Shown: one piece after another, positions 12,601-24,600 of the stretch
How positions within the stretch are numbered: position 1 is the first letter of the stretch
Layout of the letters: the number at the start of each line of letters is the position of its first letter
DNA from: Sphyrna mokarran
Lineage: Eukaryota
Length of the DNA stretch: 64,000 nucleotides
Direction: 5' to 3'
NCBI GenBank assembly: GCA_024679065.1
Contig: JAGIQG010000006.1
Location: 8,308,001 to 8,372,000 of the forward strand
The notes under the pieces: generated by a model
Databases searched by the model: none
Seen by the model: the letters and a program-made list of their open reading frames with translations, nothing else
Told to the model about the DNA's origin: nothing
Made by a program: the position numbers and the translations under genes

Positions 12601-15600
12601 TTTGTGAAAGTAGCTAGTCTGGAACATCCTTTTGGTGGAATTTCTCATGTCCCACCAGACATTTGCCTGTCCAAAGAGGCTCCATGTCAGGATCAAAGGC
12701 TGAGCTATTCGCCCTGAGCCCTCAGTGCCATCCAAACCTGGCACAGGAGTCTTCCCTTACCCACCTCCACTCCGTGGGCCACTTGCTCGGTAACATGGTG
12801 GTACAGGGGCATGGGTGGCACAACGGTTAGCACTGCTGCCTCACAGCGCCAGGGACCTGGGTTCAATTCCAGCCTCAGGTGATTTGTCTGCATAGGTTTC
12901 CTCCAACATTCCAAAGATGTGTGGGTTAGGTTGATTGGCCATGGTGAATTGCTCTTTGTGTTAGGGGGATTAGCAGGATAAATATTTGGGGGTATGGGGA
13001 AAGAGTCTGGACTGGGGCAGGTACAATGGACTGAATGGCCTCCTTGTGCACTGTGGAGGTTCTATGATTCAATGATGGACAGCAACACTACTAGGGTGGG
13101 TTCTATCTTGCAGAGGGGGGATTGGAGGGGATGGGGATGGGGTGGGTAAGGGTTGGTGCTTCGGACCTTGTTCTTTGGGTCAGATTTCATTTAACACACA
13201 CAGCAGACATTTCTGGCATTCATTCTCAGGGTATGGGTGAGGCTGGCAAGGTTGGCATTGACTGCCCATTCCTAGAAGGTGATGATTGAACTGTGGGCCT
13301 GCAGTTGAAGGAATTTGATGTGGGTTACATGAGAGAGATCAAAGTTTATTCTACATAACACCTCAATTGCAATTGAACTGCATCCTAGTACAGTAATCAT
13401 TAAAGTAAAGTTTATTTATTAGTGTCACAAGTTGACTTACATTAACACTGCAATGAAGTTATTGTGAAAATCCCCTAGTCGCCACACTCTAGTGCCTATT
13501 TGGGTACACTGAGTGAGAATTTAGCATGGCCAATGCACCTAACCAGTATGTCTTTGGACTGTGGGAGGAAACAGGAGCACCCAGAGGAAACCCACGCAGA
13601 CATGGGGAGAATGTGCAGACTCCACACAGACAGTGACCCAAGCTGGGAATTGAACCTGAATCCCTGGCACTGTGAGGTTGCAGTGCTAATCACTGTGCCA
13701 CTGTGCCACCCATTTGTGAGGGGAGAATTCTTACGTTTAAACTCATCGAAAGGCTAATGGAATGTTGAATTTACCTTAACCCAAGAAGTCTGAATTTCAA
13801 AGAAGTTTAGAGTTATGTAAAATTCAAGTTAACCACAGCTGGAGTAACTGGGTGGGATTTCACAGCCTTGCTCATCCCAAAACTGTAAAATCCTACCTGA
13901 GGTCAATGGCCGCCCCTCCAATGGCCTGCTCCAATTTTGATAGGGGAGGAGGTTAGGGGGAGATGGGCCGGGTGGTAAGATTTCAGTCACTCCGTTGAGT
14001 TCTGGGAACCCAGGAAGGATGTGTTGACCTTGGAAAGGGAGTACAGCAAAGATTCACCTGAATCATCTTACACATCCTTGTCAGAGCATGTGTTTGTATA
14101 GACTGGCTGTGATTAAGGGTTATCCAGATTTGAATCATTTCTATTCTCTCTCTGCAGATGCTGGCAGACCTGCTGAAATTTTTCGGCATTTCGCTTGTGC
14201 TGGTATAGCCTAGATTTGTGTTCCTTTGATAGAAGGTGAGTTGATGTGATTGAGATGGTTAAATGGTGGTTTGATATGAGAAAAAGAAACTATTTCCTCT
14301 AGACTGAGATGATTCTTATGGGAAGTGGGCAGGTAAGTGGAGCTGGGTCCACGAATAGATTTTATTGAATGGTGGAGCAGGCTCGAGGGAGGCCAAATGG
14401 CCTACTCCTGCTCCTAGTTCTTATGTTCTTATGTTGTTTATGATGACATATTGTGATATAATGTTTGAGATAACATTAAAGATCCTGTAGAAAGTTGTAA
14501 GATTAGCTTTTTTGTCAGTCACCCTTTTGCTAGTTCCAAATATTTTTCCCAAGCTACTGGGCTTCCTTTAATCTATGGAAACTAGACGATGCAACAAAAT
14601 TATCACCAATCCCTGACAGCAGTAGAATTTGTATTGTGAAGCTCACCTCTTTTCAACACCCAGATAACAAAACCAAATAGAAGAAAGGAGATAATGAACA
14701 GAGGGGGCACAATGTAATGGACGAGAGTGGACTTGTCCTTATCTTCATCAGGGAGGTGGATCTGACGGACATCTCTCCCGAGTTCATTTACAGCCAAACA
14801 GTTATACGTCCCTCTCAGTACTGGGTTACGAAACTCTCCTGTGATTTGATACTTGTCTGGCTCTTGTGTGACTGTTGTGTCAGGGCTGTTCCCGGGCACT
14901 GAGCTGCCCTCAGGATCGATCCATGTGATATTGGCAGGTGGCACCGCTTCAACCCGGCACACGATGCTCTCTCCAGTTACATTATCGCTCACTGTCGATA
15001 GATTCAAGATGGTGGCTGGGACTTGGGAAAGGAAAAGGACAATGAGGTTAATACCATTTATCGATCCTCACAGGAATATAGAACAGGGATTGGCCATTTA
15101 GCCTCTTCAGCCTGTTTAACCATTCAATAAGATGAGAAATGACCTGTGGCCTAGCTCCATTGAACTGTCTTTGTCCATATCCCTTATATGATAGGAAGAC
15201 AGGTTGTTACTTGAATGAGTGTAAATTGAGAAAGGTGGATACTCAGCGAGACCTTAGAGTCCTTGTGCATCAGTCACTGAAAATACCACTACATTACCAC
15301 TACACCAGAATCATCCCTTTGTCTCTTTGGACTCAACTATCTATTTCCAAACAGATGGAGGTTGGATTATAATATTCAGTGAGGAACCAGATCATCTTCT
15401 GCCATTTAGCTTTTAACAGTAAAGAAAACTATTAATCATGAAAAGTGTGACTAGAATATAACATTCCTTCATTCCCACTTATCTTCGTAAACGTTCAGCA
15501 TTTATAAGAATAACACTGATTACAGAAATATATTTTATGAGTATAAAGTTTAGTAAAGTATCACAGTCCCAATAAATCAAGGCTAAAATGTGATCAGACG

Positions 15601-18600
15601 CTCCCACACTTAAACCAAGGGTTTCGCTAATCTTGGCATGGATTGAATTAATCCGATTTTATCCATGGACGTTGACAGCCAAAGCAGCCAGGGAATGGAG
15701 GATAAAAGAGTCTCCTGAAGACTCACATGTTTCCCGCCGAGGAAATGACATCTCACCACAAGGTGGAAGATCCCCCACCTCTGCCCGTGTTGGTCACAGC
15801 AGCCAATCATTCAGTGTCTATTGACTCACTAGCTCTGTTTCCCCAAGATGTGGTCATTGGTACCAGGTTATTTTGTGTTTGTCTATAAAGGTTCACCTCC
15901 TATCTACAGCCCACTCGCTTGGAATTGACCTGATTTAACTTTTCACAGTGCAGAAGAGGGCATTCAGCCCTTAACAGCCACATGGACTTTTACCAGAATT
16001 AACGCAATACCCTCATATTTTACCCCTACCATTTTTGGGCGGCCAAAGGTTTCTTAAGTTCTGAATTTGATGGGAAAACTGTTGTAATTCAATGATTGAT
16101 TTTCACATTGCGAGTTTGACACTCGAATCTCCCACATTCTGTGCAAAGCAGCGTTCACAATCACGAATATCATTAAAAGTTTGGGGGGGTGGAGCCGATC
16201 CATGTAAAAGTCTGTCAGTTCTGGAACTCTGTGAAGGAGCAATGGCCCTGAGCTCTCAGCCTACAGTTTGCTGGCGGGCGATTGAGCTAACCAGCCTGGG
16301 GTCCTCACAGTGCTGCCCCTCCAGCCATCCGCCCACGGACTGATCGCGGACCCAACGAGAATTCATGGGCCAGCCTCGATCCTGTCATCATCCAAGAGTG
16401 CCGCAATCTCCACCCCCACCTACCCCCAGCAGTGACGATCCCTCTTTGGCAGATCCAGTCCCCTCGGGAGGCAGACCCCACTCAGCAGACATCCCACCTC
16501 CCAGGAGACCCCACTCCCAGCAGATTGCCCCACGGGAGGCAGACCCACCTGACAAAACACCCCTCTCCCCCTGGCTCGACCTGTTCACTGACCTCCCTCC
16601 AGCCCCAATCGATCACAACGCAGATTGGCAGTGGGATCCCCCCCATTCCCACCAATTGTCCCCTCGGCCCCACCCACTTGGCACAGCCCAGTAGGCCCTG
16701 CCCCTTGGCACTGCCGTGTGCCTGGTGGCAGTGTCAAGGTGTCCCCTGGGCATGGGCTCTTTGCCCCTTTGGCAGGTCCAGGTGACACAATCGGGAACTG
16801 TGATGATGCCCAAACCAGGGGGCAGCCCTCCCACCGTCCAACCCCCATGGGTCTCCAGCTACTTCCATGAAAGTGGGTGCTACTCTAAACCCCCCCGGAG
16901 TGAAGTTGTACTGGTGTTGGGAGTGGGGGGGAATGTTAGTGGGCTTGGAGAATTCAGTCCCAGGCCCCATTATCACATTTAATTAACATTAAAAATAGAT
17001 TTAAATCACTCACCTGCTGCTGCCTCTGGTTTCCATTGGGGTCCTGACTGCGCCAGATCTTCGGCGCTGGGTGATGTGTGTCTGTCAGGGACACACACGC
17101 AAATCCCGTGAATCGGTCACCAGTGATTCTCCCATCCCACCGGGCTAAAATTTAGGAAACTGGGGGGAAATTTAGCCTGGCCAATCCACCTAACCCATAA
17201 ATCTTTGGACTGTGGGAGGAAACCACACCAACACAGGAAGACCATCAAACTCCACAATGTATAAAATGATCAAAGCTGGAAATTGCCAGCACTGTGAGGC
17301 AGTAGTGCAAACCACTGTACCACCTGCTACAGAATGTTTTATCCACATCCCCATATCACAAACATTGATGTTTTCTTACCAACAACCTGGAGTCCCATCA
17401 CATCCTGAGTTACATTTTCCTGATTCCAGTTCCTGACGTGTACGTGACAGAAATAATCATTGGTGTCGTTCAGCTGCAGGTTCCTCATCCTGAGGGAAGC
17501 GTTTCCTTGGGTTGGGTTTCCAATCAGTTCATATCGATCTCCTTCATTCACAGTGACTGGGTCATTGTAGCCAGAACCAGCCCCCAGGGAATGAGAGTAA
17601 TTAAAAACAGTGGAAAATTTTTTTTGATCCCTCTTCATCCAGAGGACAGTGAGGGAGCTGAGAGAATGCTGAGGGGGATTGAAGGTGCAAGACAGAGTGA
17701 CAGAATCTCCCTTCACCCCAGTCACTGCCCGTGAATCGCTCTGACCTGAGGGAGTAAGGATTTGAAAGAACAGATATTAATTATCATGTAGTTTTATTAA
17801 ATGTAATCTCTACAATGTTTATCTCCCCTGTGATATCCCTAAAGACAGATAACACCGACCTAGATTTATACAAATACCTGGAAGTTAATGTTCCCTTCAG
17901 GAAATGAAGTTGGAAAAGTGCTGAGATCTTGGAGGGAAATTGCTCTGGAGGATGTGACGGCACTGAGATAGAAAAGGCCATGGAGGGATTTAAGGAGCAG
18001 GATGATGATGTTAAATAATGAGGAAATGGGTCTTGTTCCTCTGGAGAGGATTTCCTGCCGGGTCTGATGGACGATGTGATTGGTGGGATGAAAATGGATT
18101 GTGCTGGTGGCTTTTGGGACAGCATTGGGATAAAACCATGGATAAGTTATCTCAGCCTGCCCGTACTAGACAAAGACATACTCCCATTACTCTCAATATC
18201 TACAACTGTCCCCCTCATGGGATAGCATGGAGACACAGAGGTTAGCACTGCTGCCTCACAGTGTCAGGGATCTGGATTTGATTCCTGACTTGGGTTACTG
18301 TTTGTGTGGAGTTTGCACATTGTCTGTGTGGGTTTCCTCTGAGTGCTCCAAATTCTCCCACATTCTGGAAGATGTGCTGGTTAGGTGCATTGACCAGAAT
18401 AGGCTCCGGACTGTGGTGACTAGGGGAATTTCACAGTAACTTCATTTCAGTGTTAATGTAAGGCTTATTTGTGATTAATAAATGAACTTTAACTAAATTC
18501 ACAGCAGGCAGGACCCAGGCATTCACAAAGATGTAAATCTCAGTCTTGTACTTTCCCATTTCAAATCCATTTTACTCCAGAAAGCCAGTCTGTGAAGGAT

Positions 18601-21600
18601 GATCCTCAACCTCTTCTTAGTCTTATATTTAATTACCGAGTGAATAATTACAAACAAATATCTCCAAACACAATTGCACAGTTATAGAAATGTGTTTTGA
18701 AGATGTTCAGAAAAAACCTCTCCTTGCAGATCATTAAACACAACTCATATCCAAATAGCAAATTAAATCCTCTTTAAATCTCTCTGGTGTGTGGGCTAGG
18801 TCGGTTAGCCATGTTAAATTGTCCCTTAGTGTCTTAATCCAGTGGTGGGTTGGGGGCTTGTAACAAAGTCCAAAAAGCAAACACTTCCCATTTGGCTCAT
18901 GGGCTTCCCTGGGAATCCCTTCCATGGACATCTCTTCCATGGGGGTCCCACTCAGCACTGGATTGTGGGAACTGGGAAGCCTGCTGAGAGTTACCCCTTG
19001 TGTTTGTTGCTGACCTGCCGTCCCCACACCTTCTCTCCTGGGACTCCCCGTCCCGCAATCATTCACCTGTGCCTGGCTCCATTGGTTAACGTGGTATTTG
19101 AGTGGGTGTAGTAGCAGCAGCAACCACATCCCCCTCAGTGGCACCACTGAGCCATGAAGAGTATCTGCCCTCTGATTGGGACCTCACCCAGGGACTTGGT
19201 CTCAGGAAAGGCCCAGTGCTGCCCTGCTGAGTGCCTGATTACACTGAATGGTACAAGCCTTCCTAAATTAGGTGATACTGGTTCTCCAGTCAGCGGGTGA
19301 AATCACCATCACGTTAAATTCCGCCTAATAATTACCTGTTCTGGGTTTAAAATTAATCACTTATTTAACAAACGCATAACTCCTATTTGTACAATCCATC
19401 ACCAGTATCTACAAATGCCTCTACATGAGCTCAAATTATTATCCAATGTGTGCTTCTCCCCTTGTATCTCATTAACTTTTGTGAAATCCCCTGCGAGGTC
19501 CATGGGAAAGTATTGATTGATTTCCCTGTAGGACTCATTGAGTATGAGTTCCCCTGGTAACAGGCAGTTCCTGTCTATTCCTGAGGCTTGTATAAGGCAG
19601 GCCTTGGACTGGGCCTGCTGATCTGCAGTCCCTGGCAGGCCCTAGTAGTTTGGAGATGCCTGATTGGGGCTTCATTACACTCTGGATGTGCTGCATCTGC
19701 TGCTGCCAGACTGAGAGCTGAGAGTTACTGGAGAGGGAAGCTGCTGCTTGGACAGACAGAGAGAGGCCCCGGGGCCTGGAGGCTCACAGGTCTCACAGCC
19801 TGCAATGGAGAGAGGGAAACTGGGCAGGGCCTGAAAACTGCTCTGAGTGCAATTGGAGAATCCCAGCTCAGGATCAATATTAAATCAGTTTTACATTTCT
19901 ACACAATGTGAAACATGACAAGTCCAAATCCCTCCCTCTGAAATCCGCACACCAGATGTGTCAATGTGAGCCATTCAGTTATGTCCTCACTTTTACAGGG
20001 GAACCAGAGCTGAGTAATAAATCTAGTTTGATATCTAGTTTGCCCGGTACCACCCTGGTTTAAGGGCAATCCATTCCGCAGTGGCCCAGTGAATCATCAG
20101 TGATTCAGGAAGAAGATCGGTTCTTCCTGATCGGTTGAAGGAAATAAGGATTACGAGGATAGAGGTGTTGGGGCTGTTAGGCAGCTTAAAGACGTATAAA
20201 GCTCCAGGACCTGATGGCATTTACCCCAGGCTGCTAAGGGAGTTGAGGGAAGACTTGGCTGGGCCTCTAACGCAAATCTTTGTCTCTTCCTTGGACACAG
20301 GTGAGGTCCCAGAGGACTGGAGGATAGCAAACGTAGTACCGTTGTTTAAAAAAGGTCAGAGGGATCACCCAGGGAACTATAGGCCGGTGAGCTTGACTTC
20401 AGTTATAGGTAAGCTAATGGAGAGGATCCTTAGGGACAGGATGTATGAGCATCTGGAGTGCTGCGATCTGATCAGGGATACGCAGCATGGCTTCGTCAAG
20501 GGGAAGTCTTGTCTTACAAATGTAGTGGAATTTTTTGAAGAAGTGACAAAAACAGTTGATGAAGGACATGCTGTTGATGTCGTCTACATGGATTTCAGTA
20601 AGGCGTTCGACAAGGTTCCTCATGGTAGACTGAGAGAAGGTGAAGGCGCATGGGATACAGGGCCAGGTATGTAGATGGGTCGAGAACTGGCTCGGGAGGA
20701 GGAGACAGAGGGTAGTAGTGGAAGGCTCTTTTTCCGGCTGGAAGCCTGTCACTAGTAGAGTGCCACAAGGCTCAGTACTAGGTCCTCTTCTATTTGTGGT
20801 CTACATAAATGACTTGGAAGTTGGGGTAGGTGGTGAGATCAGCAAATTTGCTGATGACACCAAGATGCTTGGATTGGCGGGTACAGAAGAGCAGTGTCAG
20901 GCAATACAACAGGAATTAGACAGGTTGGTAGACTGGGCAGATAGATGGCAAATGGAATTTAATCCGGATAAATGCGAGGTGATGCATTTTGGCCGGAAAA
21001 ATGTAGAAGAGAGTTATAGGATAAAAGGTAAAACTATACGGAGCATAGAGACGCAGAGAGACTTGGGGTGCAGGTTCACAAGTCTCTGAAGGTGTCCTCA
21101 CAGGTGGAGAAGGTGATAAAGAAGGCGTATAGTATGTTAGCTTTCATAGAAAAGGGGATAGAATACAAGAGTAGGAGTTTGATGTTGCAGTTGTATAGAA
21201 CTTTGGTTAGGCCTCACTTGGAATACTGCGCCCAGTTCTGGTCTCCATACTATCGGAAGGATGTGGAGTCCTGGGAGAGAGTGCAGAGGAGGTTTACCAG
21301 GATGCTGCCTGGTATGGAAGGACTGGCTTATGAGGAACGATTAGATAGACTGGGGTTGTTTTCCCTTGAAAGACGTCGGCTTAGAGGGGATCTCATAGAG
21401 GTGTATAAGATTATAAGGGGTATAGATAGAGTAAATGGAGGTAAATTTTTTCCACCTTCAGAAATGGATAGGACGAGGGGTCATGGCCATAGGGTGAGGG
21501 GGGCTATGTATAAGACGAATATTAGAGGGCAGTTTTTCACACAAAGGGTAGTGGGGGTGTGGAATGCACTGCCGAGTAAGGTGGTGGGAGCAGGCACGCT

Positions 21601-24600
21601 GGGGCTGTTTAAGGGCCTCTTGGACAGCCACATGAGCAGTATGCAGATAGAGGGATATATTAGGACTGTTTAACTACGGCTTTTTTTCCACAGGTAATTC
21701 GGCCCATACTTGACCAACATTGAGCATGCATTCGGCAGGTGGTGCGGGTACAGCTCTTGGATGTTGATTCATGGGTTGCCTGGTACCTCATGTCGTAAAT
21801 GCGTGCTTTATGTGGACCATCTGAAGGGCACCATGACAGCTCAGAGACTATCGATGTGGCTGTGCAGACACTTGGAATTGGGCCGGTGTCTGCGGGAGTT
21901 TGCGCGTTCTCCCCGTGGTTGCGTGGGTTTCTCCGGGCACTCCGGTTTCCTCCCACAACCCAAAAATTCGCTCTTAGGCTGATTGGGTAACAAATTGTCC
22001 CTATAGTGAGAATTTTCCATATTAGGAATAATATATATATTATTATATAGGAATAATAAAATAGGATAATGGATTTGCTACTATATAGTTATGACGGCGG
22101 CGCGGGCTCGTTGGGCCGAAGGGCCTGTTTCCCGTGCTGTGTTGCTCTTTAAAAAAAAAAAGATGTCCCATAAATTTCCTGGGATGGACGATAAGAATAT
22201 AGAACATAGAACATAGAACATTACAGCCCAGAACAGGCCCTTCGGCCTTCGATGTTGCGCCGACCAATTATGAACAAAAAAGCAATGACCCTCCAAACTA
22301 AATCATTCCCTTCTCTTCCATAAACTTATCAACTAACCTCTTAAACGCCACCAAACTTGGCGCATCTACAACTGCCGCAGGCAAGGCATTCCACTCCCTA
22401 ACCACCCTCTGGGTAAAGAGTCTACCTCTGATATAACTATCAGCATTGCTCACAAACCAAGAGTAAACTCTTTATCATCAAAACCCGACAGCACAAAAGG
22501 AGGGCATTCAGCCCATCGAGTCTGCACTGACCACAATCCCATCTGTCCCTGTAACCCCACACATTTACTCCACTAATCCCTCTAATTTACACATCCCGGG
22601 ACACTAAGACACAATTTAACATGGCCAATGCACCTCTGTAGCACATCTTTAAAACATTTGTGCTTGTGTTTGGATTAAATTTACATACAGTCTTATATCG
22701 AATTTGAAATATTCCTCACCTCTCATTATGAGATCTCCATGCTCCAATTGATAAGCTGCTCCGTTACCATCGAGCTCCATGCGACAGAAATATTTATGTC
22801 TTGTGTCCTCTTTATTCAGCTGTTTGATGATGATTGAAGCTTCGTTCTTCCTCGGGTTTCCCAGCGCTTGGTAACGATTATTAATATTCAGGATGACCAG
22901 ATTCTGAAACTGTCTGCCCGGTGCGTTTTGTGTTGGATAATTTGTATAATTAAATACCGCTTCCTTTCCTCTGAACCATTTAACCGTGATGTTGCCATTA
23001 TATCCCGAGTGAGGGTGAGTGAACTTGCAGAACAGAACAGTAGCTTTTCCTTCCCTACCCGTCACCTTCTCCGGTGTCTCCATGCTCCAGCCATTGTTAC
23101 TGAGAACTGGAAAACACAAAATGCTGTTTAAACACCGAACTGAGATGGGAGCTGTTACGGGACTCTGTCGGAAGCTTTCTTGTTCTACTCCCCTCAACTA
23201 ACCAAACAAAGTGACGGAGTGATTTGAAGATGAACTTTACAATAGCTATCGGCCCCTGAATATCCATTCAGAGTAAAGAATTCAGAGATATAAAGGCAAT
23301 TAAAATCTCAGCTATGATTACAAATAATTAACATACACCAATAACAGAATATGAGTTATCTCCATCCAATCACAGTTAATACTTCATGTAACATCATATA
23401 AAATGTAATATTTAAAACCAATCACAATCATCTTACACTTGCTTAATTATAATATCCAACAGTGGTGAGCTTTTTACTGCCTGATTTGAGTATTATTCTC
23501 CCCTATCTTTACACACTTAGACTGTGTCTACACACTCCAACATCGGTCCTTGTCCAGTGCATGATGTAAAAGACTTCTCCCAGCACAGTATCTTTCTCCC
23601 TTCTTTACCTGAAGGTCAAACTAGTTTCTTGTAATAACCACCTTGTAATTACACATTGTGTAAGCTTTGTGATTTGTCCATGTTAATCCTTTCACTGAAC
23701 ACAGTTATTCATGTGCTGATTATTTTCCTCCATAATTATTAATATGGGTATTGATCCGCCTCAAGAGGCAATGGTTCCAACCCTTCAGGATTGGCCAAGA
23801 GTCTCCAGCCTAAGAAATTATGTACTTGCCACAGAGGAACATAGAACATAGAACATAGAACATAGAACATTACAGCACAGTACAGGCCTTTCGGCCCTCG
23901 ATGTTGCGCCGGCCAGTGGACCCTCTAACCTAAACTATTCCAGTATCATCCATATGCCTATCCACCGAACATTTGAATGCCCCCAAAGTAGGTGAGTCCA
24001 CAACTGCTGCAGGCAGGGCATTCCACGCCCTCACCACCCTCTGTGTAAAGGACCTGCCTCTGACATCCGTCCTATAACTACCACCTCTTAATTTAAAGTT
24101 ATGTCTCCTCGTGTTGGTCATCACCATCCGAGGAAGAAGGCTCTCACTATCCACCCTATCCAGTCAGTGAAGTGCAGTGAAGGTTCACCAGACCGATTCC
24201 TGGGCAGGCAGGATTGATGTATGAGGAGAGATTGGGGGGACAATTCACTGGAGTTTAGAAGAATGAGAGAGAATCTAACTGAAATTTTTAAATTCTAATT
24301 GAGCTGGACAGACTGGATGAGGGATAATCTTTGCCCTAGCTGGTGTCTGGAACAAAGGGTCACATTCTCAGGATGTAGGGCAGGCCATTTGTTTTATTCA
24401 TTCATGGGAAATGGCTTTCAATGGAATAACATTTCAGAGGAATGTTAGGAGTCCCATCAGTATGGATCTGGAGTCACATGTAGGTCAGGCTCGGGTAATG
24501 AGGTCAGATTTCCTTCCCTAAAGGACATGAGTGAATCCAATGGGTTTGTTTATGACAACCAACATGGTCATCGTTAGAGATTTAAATCCAGATTTTTATT

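Noticed and set aside
12349-12744. Additional tail exon between the TM exon and 12117
   Set aside because: Several acceptor-like sites but no convincing phase-1 donor and no similarity to the 69-nt units
12815-12875. tRNA genes
   Set aside because: tRNA-like A/B boxes are SINE heads followed by SINE core and LINE-derived tails
16365-16982. Cluster of Pro/Gly-rich ORFs on both strands (also 40115-40732)
   Set aside because: Product of GC-rich repeat composition; no splice or domain support
18734-19147. 137-aa ORF with signal-peptide-like start MVPLRGMWLLLLLHP (also 42485-42898)
   Set aside because: Intronic, starts at a non-ATG codon, ends in SINE sequence; conserved only because of the recent duplication
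17380-23106. Rearranging Ig/TCR/IgNAR V segments
   Set aside because: V exons include their own G strand and end in splice donors; no heptamer-nonamer RSS, D/J segments or C1 domains seen
22649-23197. Treating the V1, V2 and C2 ORFs as separate single-exon genes with the ORF-track starts and stops
   Set aside because: ORF ends run into introns; AG/GT sites and phase join them into one gene per unit
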